Below are positions 18,375 to 25,852 of a DNA stretch of 38,798 nt, piece by piece. Origin of the DNA: Klebsiella phage ViciousJeremy. The notes under the pieces are model-generated. The model did no database searches. It worked only from the letters and a program-made list of their open reading frames with translations, and was not told the DNA's origin. How positions within the stretch are numbered: position 1 is the first letter of the stretch; each line of letters begins with the position of its first letter. Both the position numbers and the translations under genes were made by a program. The stretch lies in the sequence record OR896850.1; one strand, given 5' to 3'.

Positions 18375-18680
18375 ATGGCTATGACCAAGAAATTTAAAGT
18401 GTCATTCGACGTTACCGCTGTGATTGACAGCGAATCCGAGAAGAATCTGAACGAGTTGCTGGTAGACCTAGCTAAGAAGGCCGGGGCTGGCGAGAAGCTG
18501 AATCCGTTCAAACAAGAACTGCTTATTCAAGGCCTGACACACGGGCCGGAAGGCGCTGCTGCGTTCTGTATCAAGCAAGGTCTCCGTGAGTTTATCCGTG
18601 ATGGTCACAGTGAGTTAAGCTCTACAGAGCAGAAGCTGATGAAATTCTCACCTGCAACTGTACGCGAGGTGTTCAAATGA
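18375..18680 (+). CDS. 5.5: Gene 5.5 protein (H-NS-binding family)
   Basis: MAMTKKFKVSFDVTAVIDSESEKNL...FSPATVREVFK resembles T7 gp5.5. Confidence 0.7.
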   Translation: MAMTKKFKVSFDVTAVIDSESEKNLNELLVDLAKKAGAGEKLNPFKQELLIQGLTHGPEGAAAFCIKQGLREFIRDGHSELSSTEQKLMKFSPATVREVFK

Positions 18681-18886
18681 GTGAATACCTGAAAGTTCTG
18701 GCAGCTATCAAAGGCTGCCCTAAGTCCTTTCAGTCGAACTATGTGCGAAACAATGCGGCTCTCGTAGCTGAGGCCGCTTCTCGTGGACACATTAGCTGTT
18801 TGACTGTGGGCGGTCGCAATGGTGGAGCATGGGAGGTCACAGCCTCTGGTGTGCGCTTCCTGAAACGAATGGGAGGTTGCGTATGA
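18677..18886 (+). CDS. 5.7: Gene 5.7 protein (69 aa)
   Basis: MSEYLKVLAAIKGCPKSFQSNYVRNNAALVAEAASRGHISCLT...FLKRMGGCV almost identical to T7 gp5.7. Confidence 0.85.
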   Translation: MSEYLKVLAAIKGCPKSFQSNYVRNNAALVAEAASRGHISCLTVGGRNGGAWEVTASGVRFLKRMGGCV

Positions 18887-19065
18887 TTATGCCTAAGAGT
18901 GACACCGTAACGATGACCCGTGATGCGTTGAACGATGTTAGCGCGTACATTGATAAGCTGGAGAAAGACCTAGAGTTCCTGAATGCGCTTAAGGCGTGTG
19001 GTGTGGATAATTGGGACGGATACTCTGATGCAGTCGAAATGGTTTACGGGGAGGATGACGAATGA
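18883..19065 (+). CDS. 5.9: Gene 5.9-position acidic protein (candidate RecBCD inhibitor)
   Basis: ATGA overlap with 5.7; 60 aa, strongly acidic (...[15 protein letters not shown]), at the position of T7 gp5.9; sequence divergent from T7. Confidence 0.5.
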   Translation: MIMPKSDTVTMTRDALNDVSAYIDKLEKDLEFLNALKACGVDNWDGYSDAVEMVYGEDDE

Positions 19066-19976
19066 GCCTAATCACATTGAAAGACTTCGCGGAGATGCGT
19101 GAAGGTAAGCCTATGGAGAAGGGATTGCTGGTCATGGATGGTGACTGGTTGGTATATCAGTCAATGGCTGCTGCCGAAGTTGAGACGGATTGGGGAGACG
19201 ACATTTGGACTCTTGAGTGTGACCACGCCAAGGCACGGAGCATTCTCGATTCTGCAATCGAATCATACCGAACCCGTAAGAAGGCTTGGAGTGACGCTAT
19301 GGTTGTTCTGGCGTATACCGACGATGTGAACTGGCGTAAGGTACTGGTTGATGAGACCTATAAGGAGAACCGTAAGGCGACCCGTAAGCCTGTGGGCTAC
19401 CGTGACTTCCTGTCGAAGCTGTGGGAGCGCGATGAGTTCATTCACATCAAAGAGGACATGCTGGAAGGTGATGACGTTATGGGCATCATTGGGTCTGGTC
19501 ACGAGGTCTTCGGCTTCAAGAAAGCCGTATTGGTCTCCTGTGACAAGGACTTCAAGACTATCCCGGACGTTGACTTCCTGTGGTGTACCACTGGTAACAT
19601 CTTGACGCAGACCAAAGAGACCGCTGATTGGTGGCATCTCTTCCAGACCATCAAGGGTGATATGACCGATGGCTACTCCGGGATTCCCGGCTGGGGCGAT
19701 ACGGCAGAAGGTTTCCTGAATGACCCGTTCATTGTGGAGCCTGTAGAGTCCGTGTTGAAGTCCGGTAAGAACAAGGGGCAGACAGTAACCAAGTGGGTGA
19801 AGCGTGCTCCTGATGCGACTGAGACGCTGTGGGACTGCATTAAATCCATTGGTGCCAAAGCTGGGATGACCGAGCAGGAAATCATCAAGCAAGGCCAGAT
19901 GGCTCGCATTCTTCGCTTCGAGGAATACAATTACATTGACAAGGAGATTTACTTATGGACGCCGCAAAGTACATAA
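19062..19976 (+). CDS. 6: Gene 6 5-prime to 3-prime exonuclease
   Basis: 304 aa; ...[17 protein letters not shown]...[24 protein letters not shown]... colinear with T7 gp6. Confidence 0.95.
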   Translation: MSLITLKDFAEMREGKPMEKGLLVMDGDWLVYQSMAAAEVETDWGDDIWTLECDHAKARSILDSAIESYRTRKKAWSDAMVVLAYTDDVNWRKVLVDETYKENRKATRKPVGYRDFLSKLWERDEFIHIKEDMLEGDDVMGIIGSGHEVFGFKKAVLVSCDKDFKTIPDVDFLWCTTGNILTQTKETADWWHLFQTIKGDMTDGYSGIPGWGDTAEGFLNDPFIVEPVESVLKSGKNKGQTVTKWVKRAPDATETLWDCIKSIGAKAGMTEQEIIKQGQMARILRFEEYNYIDKEIYLWTPQST

Positions 19977-20068
19977 CCATCGCTGTGCTGGTAGGTATGC
20001 TGGCGCGAGGTCTCTGGATGTTCGCTCTCATAGTCCGAGACGTGAAGCGAGACTCCGAGATTAAGTGA
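19955..20068 (+). CDS. 6.3: Gene 6.3-like small membrane peptide (37 aa)
   Basis: AAGGAG SD 8 nt before ATG 19955 (inside the gene 6 end); [37 protein letters not shown]; same length as T7 gp6.3. Confidence 0.45.
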   Translation: MDAAKYITIAVLVGMLARGLWMFALIVRDVKRDSEIK

Positions 20069-20137
20069 TAAACTCAAGGCTCTCTGCATTAACCCTCACT
20101 AAAGGGAAGAGGGAGCCTTTATGATTATTACTTTAAG
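20067..20137 (+). ncRNA. RNase III hairpin R6.5-like with the phi6.5 promoter embedded in its loop
   Basis: TAAACTCAAGGCTCTCTGC[ATTAACCCTCACTAAAGGGAAGA]GGGAGCCTTTATGATTATTAC; same arrangement as T7 R6.5/phi6.5. Confidence 0.65.
20087..20109 (+). promoter_or_regulatory. T3-type class III promoter (phi6.5)
   Basis: ATTAACCCTCACTAAAGGGAAGA. Confidence 0.8.
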
Positions 20138-20160
20138 ACTTAACCTTAAGAGGTGAATTT

Positions 20161-20406
20161 ATGTTACAACCAATTAATCATGTTTTATCTCATCCCGACG
20201 ATATTCCTAGTGTGCCTCGTGCAGCTAAAGAGTATCTACAGGTGCGCTTCAATCAGACCTATGTGATGGAGTCCGGGGAGTACCGTGCGCTACGCGCTGC
20301 TGGATACTCTGAGTCTTTCATTGCGGGTGTGATGCATGGTCTGTACCTTGCCTCTCGAACACTTGATGAGATTGAGGTGCGTAAAGAGCAACTGAGACAG
20401 GAGTAA
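20161..20406 (+). CDS. 6.5: Gene 6.5 protein (81 aa)
   Basis: position and size as T7 gp6.5; AAGAGGTGA SD. Confidence 0.6.
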   Translation: MLQPINHVLSHPDDIPSVPRAAKEYLQVRFNQTYVMESGEYRALRAAGYSESFIAGVMHGLYLASRTLDEIEVRKEQLRQE

Positions 20407-20410
20407 TTAT

Positions 20411-20662
20411 ATGTGCTGGAAACCGAAGGTGAAAGTCCCTAAGATGGACACTAACCAGATTCGCGCTGCCGAACCAGCACCTTTGACTGAGCCACCGAAA
20501 TCTGTGGTATGGGGAGGCGATGACGATGAGGACACCAGCGTGTCTTCCTCTGAGGTGCCAACCTCACCGAGCAGCGGTAAGAGCAGTCTCAAGGTAAAGC
20601 TGGATGACAACGCAGCCAAGAACAAGAGTAAATCCTCCATTCGCTCCAAGGCGTTTGGGTAA
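20411..20662 (+). CDS. 6.7: Gene 6.7 virion protein (83 aa)
   Basis: basic N-terminus then acidic, Ser-rich; position and size as T7 gp6.7. Confidence 0.65.
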   Translation: MCWKPKVKVPKMDTNQIRAAEPAPLTEPPKSVVWGGDDDEDTSVSSSEVPTSPSSGKSSLKVKLDDNAAKNKSKSSIRSKAFG

Positions 20663-20689
20663 CTGAGTCATAGCATAGGGAGAAACATC

Positions 20690-21010
20690 ATGGGATTCTT
20701 CAAGAAAATCAAGAAGGCCGTTAAGAAAGTAGTTAAGGAAGTCGGTAAACCGATCGAGAAGGCTGGTAAGGAAGTCGGTAAGGCGGTTGGTGGTGCGCTT
20801 GGTGCAGGTAAGCAGGAGATTATCCAACAAGAGGCTCCAGCACCAGTAGTGACTGCGCCGCCTCCAGCACAGATTGTAGATGTACCTGAACAGGATAAGG
20901 CTGAGGGTGAGGATGAGGCGCAAACCGAAAGCGCACGTAAGAAAGCACGCGCTGGCGGTAAGAAGTCTCTGAGTGTAGCCCGTAGCTCCGGCGGTGGCAT
21001 CAACATCTAA
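20690..21010 (+). CDS. 7.3: Gene 7.3 tail/adsorption protein
   Basis: C-terminal ...AQIVDVPE...DEAQTESARKKARAGGKKSLSVARSSGGGINI identical to the T7 gp7.3 C-terminus. Confidence 0.85.
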   Translation: MGFFKKIKKAVKKVVKEVGKPIEKAGKEVGKAVGGALGAGKQEIIQQEAPAPVVTAPPPAQIVDVPEQDKAEGEDEAQTESARKKARAGGKKSLSVARSSGGGINI

Positions 21011-21020
21011 GGAGGACTGA

Positions 21021-22628
21021 ATGGCTGATTCAAAACGTACAGGATTGGGCGAAGACGGTGCTAAAGCTACCTATGACCGCCTAACGAACGACCGTAGAGC
21101 CTATGAGACTCGTGCGGAAAACTGTGCGCAATACACCATTCCGTCCTTGTTCCCGAAGGAGTCCGATAACGAATCTACCGACTACACGACTCCGTGGCAG
21201 GCTGTAGGTGCGCGGGGTCTTAACAATCTGGCCTCTAAATTAATGCTGGCACTATTCCCGATGCAGTCGTGGATGAAGCTGACCATTAGTGAATATGAGG
21301 CGAAGCAGCTTGTTGGAGACCCTGATGGACTCGCTAAGGTGGACGAAGGTCTGTCTATGGTTGAGCGTATTATCATGAATTATATCGAATCCAACAGCTA
21401 CCGTGTGACACTCTTTGAGTGCCTCAAGCAGTTGATAGTGGCAGGCAACGCACTGCTTTACTTACCGGAACCAGAAGGCAGCTACAATCCGATGAAGCTG
21501 TACCGATTGTCTTCTTATGTTGTCCAAAGAGACGCATACGGCAATGTGTTACAGATTGTCACTCGTGACCAGATAGCCTTTGGTGCTCTCCCGGAAGACG
21601 TTCGGTCTGCGGTAGAGAAAGCTGGTGGTGAGAAGAAGATGGACGAAATGGTCGATGTGTACACCCATGTGTATCTCGATGAAGAGTCCGGCGATTACCT
21701 CAAGTACGAGGAAGTAGAGGACGTTGAGATTGATGGCTCCGATGCCACCTATCCGACTGACGCTATGCCCTACATTCCGGTTCGCATGGTTCGCATTGAT
21801 GGCGAGTCTTACGGTCGCTCCTACTGTGAAGAATACTTAGGTGACTTAAGGTCGCTTGAGAATCTCCAAGAGGCTATCGTCAAGATGAGCATGATTAGCG
21901 CTAAGGTCATCGGTCTGGTTAACCCGGCTGGCATTACGCAGCCCCGTAGATTAACCAAAGCTCAGACTGGTGACTTCGTTCCCGGTCGTCGAGAAGACAT
22001 TGACTTCCTGCAACTGGAGAAGCAAGCTGACTTTACCGTAGCGAAAGCTGTGAGTGACCAGATAGAAGCACGCTTATCGTATGCCTTTATGTTGAACTCT
22101 GCGGTACAGCGCACAGGTGAACGTGTTACCGCCGAAGAGATTCGATACGTTGCGTCAGAACTGGAAGATACGCTTGGTGGTGTCTATTCGATTCTGTCTC
22201 AAGAACTGCAATTGCCTCTGGTTCGTGTGCTCTTGAAGCAACTCCAAGCAACCTCGCAGATTCCTGAGCTACCGAAAGAAGCCGTTGAGCCGACTATCAG
22301 CACAGGTCTGGAAGCAATCGGGCGTGGTCAAGACCTCGATAAGCTGGAGCGCTGTATCTCCGCTTGGGCTGCTCTGGCTCCTATGCAGGGAGACCCGGAC
22401 ATTAACCTTGCTGTCATTAAGCTGCGCATTGCTAACGCCATTGGTATTGATACTTCTGGTATCCTACTGACGGACGAGCAGAAGCAAGCACTGATGATGC
22501 AGGATGCGGCCCAAACAGGTATCGAGAACGCTGCCGCCACTGGTGGGGCTGGTGTGGGTGCTCTAGCGACCTCAAGTCCAGAAGCTATGCAGGGTGCAGC
22601 AGCACAGGCTGGCCTAGACGCCACCTAA
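21021..22628 (+). CDS. 8: Gene 8 portal (head-tail connector) protein
   Basis: 535 aa (T7: 536); AAGGAGG SD; position between 7.3 and the scaffold gene. Confidence 0.93.
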   Translation: MADSKRTGLGEDGAKATYDRLTNDRRAYETRAENCAQYTIPSLFPKESDNESTDYTTPWQAVGARGLNNLASKLMLALFPMQSWMKLTISEYEAKQLVGDPDGLAKVDEGLSMVERIIMNYIESNSYRVTLFECLKQLIVAGNALLYLPEPEGSYNPMKLYRLSSYVVQRDAYGNVLQIVTRDQIAFGALPEDVRSAVEKAGGEKKMDEMVDVYTHVYLDEESGDYLKYEEVEDVEIDGSDATYPTDAMPYIPVRMVRIDGESYGRSYCEEYLGDLRSLENLQEAIVKMSMISAKVIGLVNPAGITQPRRLTKAQTGDFVPGRREDIDFLQLEKQADFTVAKAVSDQIEARLSYAFMLNSAVQRTGERVTAEEIRYVASELEDTLGGVYSILSQELQLPLVRVLLKQLQATSQIPELPKEAVEPTISTGLEAIGRGQDLDKLERCISAWAALAPMQGDPDINLAVIKLRIANAIGIDTSGILLTDEQKQALMMQDAAQTGIENAAATGGAGVGALATSSPEAMQGAAAQAGLDAT

Positions 22629-22648
22629 TAACCCTCACTAAAGGGAGA
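22626..22648 (+). promoter_or_regulatory. T3-type class III promoter (phi9)
   Basis: TAATAACCCTCACTAAAGGGAGACC; overlaps the gene 8 stop. Confidence 0.8.
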
Positions 22649-22729
22649 CCTCATCTTTGAAATGAGCGATGACTAAAGGTTGGAGTCCTTTGGTTTCCCT
22701 TTATCTTTAACAACTTAGGAGATTTAACA

Positions 22730-23662
22730 ATGGCTGAATCTAATGCAGACGTTTATGCGTCCTTCGGTGTGAACAACGCGGTAATGACCGGAAGCACACC
22801 TACTGAACACGAACAGAATATGCTGAGTCTCGATGTTGCTGCCCGTGATGGCGATGATGCAATCGTACTTAGCGAGGAACCGAGTTCTCATAACGATGAC
22901 CCTTATGCGGCTGGTGAAGACCCATTCGCTGAGGGCGAGGATGATGAGGGCCGTATTCAGGTTCGTATCAGTGAAGATGGTAGTGAAGCTGAGTTCGACA
23001 CTGGTAGCGATAACGCTGAGGTGGAGACCGAAGGTGAAGCCGCTGAGTTTGAGCCGCTGGGTGACACTCCAGAAGAACTGAGCCAAGTGACTGAACAATT
23101 AGGTCAGCACGAAGAAGGCTTTCAGGCGATGGTCGAGCAGGCCGTTGAGCGTGGACTGAGCGCAGAGTCTGTGACTCGCATCTACGAAGAGTACGAAGCC
23201 GATGGTATCTCTGAGAAATCCTACGCGGAACTCGAAGCTGCTGGCTATAGTCGTGCCTTTGTGGACTCCTACATCTCCGGTCAGGAAGCCCTTGTAGACC
23301 AGTACGTCAATCAGGTAGTTGCCTTTGCTGGTGGTAAGGAGCGCTTTAGCGCAATCCATACGCACCTTGAAGCGACAAACCCGGCTGCGGCTGAGTCCCT
23401 TGAGGCTGCCATGATGAACCGAGACTTGGCGACTGTCAAAGCAATTATCAATCTGGCTGGTGAGAGTTACACGAAGAAATTCGGTAAGCCCGCCAACCGT
23501 AGTGTTACCAAGCGTGCTACTCCGGTTAAACCTGTAGCTCGTCAGAAAGAGGGCTTTACGAATCAGGCTGAGATGATTAAAGCTATGAGTGACCCGCGTT
23601 ACCGTAGTGATGCTGCCTACCGTCAAATGGTAGAACAGAAGGTTATCGACTCCAGTTTCTAA
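22730..23662 (+). CDS. 9: Gene 9 capsid assembly (scaffolding) protein
   Basis: 310 aa, very acidic and Ala/Glu-rich; at the T7 gp9 position. Confidence 0.9.
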   Translation: MAESNADVYASFGVNNAVMTGSTPTEHEQNMLSLDVAARDGDDAIVLSEEPSSHNDDPYAAGEDPFAEGEDDEGRIQVRISEDGSEAEFDTGSDNAEVETEGEAAEFEPLGDTPEELSQVTEQLGQHEEGFQAMVEQAVERGLSAESVTRIYEEYEADGISEKSYAELEAAGYSRAFVDSYISGQEALVDQYVNQVVAFAGGKERFSAIHTHLEATNPAAAESLEAAMMNRDLATVKAIINLAGESYTKKFGKPANRSVTKRATPVKPVARQKEGFTNQAEMIKAMSDPRYRSDAAYRQMVEQKVIDSSF

Positions 23663-23683
23663 TTAACCCTCACTAAAGGGAGA
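23661..23683 (+). promoter_or_regulatory. T3-type class III promoter (phi10)
   Basis: AATTAACCCTCACTAAAGGGAGA perfect consensus; overlaps the gene 9 stop. Confidence 0.9.
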
Positions 23684-23818
23684 GACCATAGATGACTACA
23701 ATGGTTGAATCACCTGAGCACAGAACTTTGTGGTCACTCCCGTAGGTGAAACATTGAGAACCAACTCGATTCAAGTAGTAACCAAACTTTTCTTTAAATT
23801 AACATAAGGAGATTCAAC

Positions 23819-24862
23819 ATGGCTAACATTCAAGGCGGACAGCAAATTGGTACTAATCAGGGTAAGGGTCAGTCCGCAGCGGACAAATTGGCGCTGTTCC
23901 TGAAAGTGTTCGGCGGTGAAGTCCTGACTGCTTTCGCTCGCACCTCCGTGACCATGCCTCGTCACATGCTGCGCTCTATTGCTTCCGGTAAGTCCGCACA
24001 GTTCCCTGTGATTGGTCGCACCAAAGCTGCTTACCTGAAACCGGGTGAGAACCTCGATGACAAACGTAAGGATATCAAACACACCGAGAAGGTAATCCAC
24101 ATTGATGGCCTGCTGACTGCGGACGTGCTGATTTACGACATTGAGGACGCGATGAACCACTACGACGTTCGCGCTGAGTACACCGCACAGTTGGGTGAAT
24201 CTCTGGCGATGGCGGCTGACGGTGCTGTACTGGCTGAACTGGCTGGTCTGGTTAACCTGCCGGACGCCTCCAATGAGAACATCGAGGGTCTCGGTAAGCC
24301 TACCGTACTGACTCTGGTTAAGCCGACCACTGGCGACCTGACTGACCCGGTTGAGCTGGGTAAAGCGATTATCGCTCAGTTGACCGTTGCTCGTGCTGCT
24401 CTGACCAAGAACTACGTTCCGGCTGCTGACCGTACTTTCTACACCACTCCTGATAACTACTCCGCGATTCTGGCTGCTCTGATGCCGAACGCTGCAAACT
24501 ATCAGGCACTGATTGACCCTGAGCGCGGTACTATCCGTAACGTGATGGGCTTCGAAGTGGTTGAGGTTCCGCACCTGACTGCTGGTGGTGCTGGTGATGA
24601 CCGTGAGGACACTCCGGCTGGCCAGAAGCACGCTTTCCCGGCGACTTCCAGCACTACCGTTAAGGTTGCTCTGGATAACGTTGTGGGCCTGTTCCAGCAC
24701 CGCTCTGCGGTTGGTACGGTCAAGCTGAAAGACTTGGCTCTGGAGCGCGCTCGTCGTGCGAACTATCAGGCTGACCAGATTATCGCTAAATATGCGATGG
24801 GTCACGGCGGTCTGCGTCCAGAAGCTGCTGGCGCTATCGTTCTCCCAAAGGTGTCGGAGTAA
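23819..24862 (+). CDS. 10: Gene 10A major capsid protein
   Basis: 347 aa; AAGGAGA SD; highly expressed codon usage; colinear with T7 gp10A. Confidence 0.97.
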   Translation: MANIQGGQQIGTNQGKGQSAADKLALFLKVFGGEVLTAFARTSVTMPRHMLRSIASGKSAQFPVIGRTKAAYLKPGENLDDKRKDIKHTEKVIHIDGLLTADVLIYDIEDAMNHYDVRAEYTAQLGESLAMAADGAVLAELAGLVNLPDASNENIEGLGKPTVLTLVKPTTGDLTDPVELGKAIIAQLTVARAALTKNYVPAADRTFYTTPDNYSAILAALMPNAANYQALIDPERGTIRNVMGFEVVEVPHLTAGGAGDDREDTPAGQKHAFPATSSTTVKVALDNVVGLFQHRSAVGTVKLKDLALERARRANYQADQIIAKYAMGHGGLRPEAAGAIVLPKVSE

Positions 24863-25134
24863 TTCCCGACCCCACTGGAGTTACTCTTAGTCAGAAGACT
24901 ATGAGCTTAGACGTTGGGGCTTCTAAAGCCCTGACTTCTACGGTAACTCCGGCTGATGCAGTACAGACAGTGACCTTTACGTCTTCCAATGCGAAGATTG
25001 CCACGGTCGATGCCTCTGGTACTGTAACTGCTGTGGGCGCTGGCTCCGCTGATATCACTGCGACTACTGTGAATGGCCTGACGGCTGTCTGCAAGGTCAC
25101 TGTGAAAGCAGTAGAGCCTCCCGTAGAAGGCTAA
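23819..25134 (+). CDS. 10: Gene 10B minor capsid protein (10A residues 1-344 plus 94-aa -1 frame extension with Ig-like Big_2 domain)
   Basis: extension ...GVGVIPDPTGVTLSQKTMSLDVGASKALTSTVTPADAVQTVTFTSSNAKIATVDASGTVTAVGAGSADITATTVNGLTAVCKVTVKAVEPPVEG has the Big_2 signature; T7 and T3 both make 10B by a -1 frameshift. Confidence 0.55.
24844..24850 (+). other. -1 programmed ribosomal frameshift heptamer C CCA AAG, 10 nt before the 10A stop
   Basis: canonical X XXY YYZ slippery site in the 10A frame; the -1 frame is open from 24790 and continues to 25134. Confidence 0.55.
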
Positions 25135-25175
25135 GGTCTTTACCGGGGATTTACTTTCCTTCATTACTTTATGAA

Positions 25176-25214
25176 CCCCTTGGGTGCCCTCTGAGGGTAT
25201 CTGAGGGGTTTTTT
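25176..25214 (+). terminator. Tphi-like rho-independent terminator for phage RNAP
   Basis: CCCCTTGGGTGCCCTC...GAGGGTATCTGAGGGG long G.U-rich hairpin followed by TTTTTT; analogous to T7 Tphi (AACCCCTTGGGGCCTCTAAACGGGTCTTGAGGGGTTTTTTG) after gene 10. Confidence 0.8.
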
Positions 25215-25216
25215 GC

Positions 25217-25239
25217 TTTAAACCCTCACTAACAGGAGG
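25217..25239 (+). promoter_or_regulatory. T3-type promoter (phi11)
   Basis: TTTAAACCCTCACTAACAGGAGG. Confidence 0.65.
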
Positions 25240-25246
25240 TAACATC

Positions 25247-25837
25247 ATGCGCTCTTATGAGATGAACATTGAGACCGCAGAAGAGCTATCAGCCGTCAAC
25301 GACATTCTGGCTTCCATCGGTGAGCCACCAGTATCAACCCTTGAGGGTGATGCAAACGCTGATGTTGCAAACGCTCGACGTGTGCTCAACAAGATTAACC
25401 GACAGATTCAGTCACGAGGATGGACATTCAATATTGAGGAAGGTGTGACTCTTCTACCGGATGCGTTCTCTGGCATGATTCCATTTAGCTCTGACTACCT
25501 GTCCGTAATGGCAACCAGCGGTCAGACCCAATATATCAACCGTGGTGGCTATCTCTATGACCGCTCTGCGAAGACCGACAGATTCCCTTCTGGTGTTCAG
25601 GTCAACCTGATTCGTCTGAGAGAGTTCGACGAGATGCCAGAGTGCTTCCGAAACTACATCGTTACCAAGGCTTCCCGTCAGTTCAACAACCGCTTCTTCG
25701 GTGCGCCGGAGGTAGACGGAGTGTTGCAGGAAGAGGAACAGGAAGCGTGGCGTGCGTGCTTCGAGTACGAACTAGACTACGGCAACTACAACATGCTGGA
25801 TGGTGACGCATTCACCTCTGGTCTACTTAACCGCTAA
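25247..25837 (+). CDS. 11: Gene 11 tail tubular protein A (gatekeeper)
   Basis: 196 aa, same length as T7 gp11; position. Confidence 0.9.
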   Translation: MRSYEMNIETAEELSAVNDILASIGEPPVSTLEGDANADVANARRVLNKINRQIQSRGWTFNIEEGVTLLPDAFSGMIPFSSDYLSVMATSGQTQYINRGGYLYDRSAKTDRFPSGVQVNLIRLREFDEMPECFRNYIVTKASRQFNNRFFGAPEVDGVLQEEEQEAWRACFEYELDYGNYNMLDGDAFTSGLLNR

Positions 25838-25852
25838 TAACAAGGAGGCTCT

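Noticed and set aside
23771-24805. 344-aa minus-strand ORF spanning almost exactly the major capsid gene in antisense
   Set aside because: The product is Ser/Val/Thr/Arg low-complexity. The strong codon bias of gene 10 (GCT/GGT/CGT/CTG-rich) depletes TTA/CTA/TCA triplets, which automatically opens the antisense frame. No promoter or SD.
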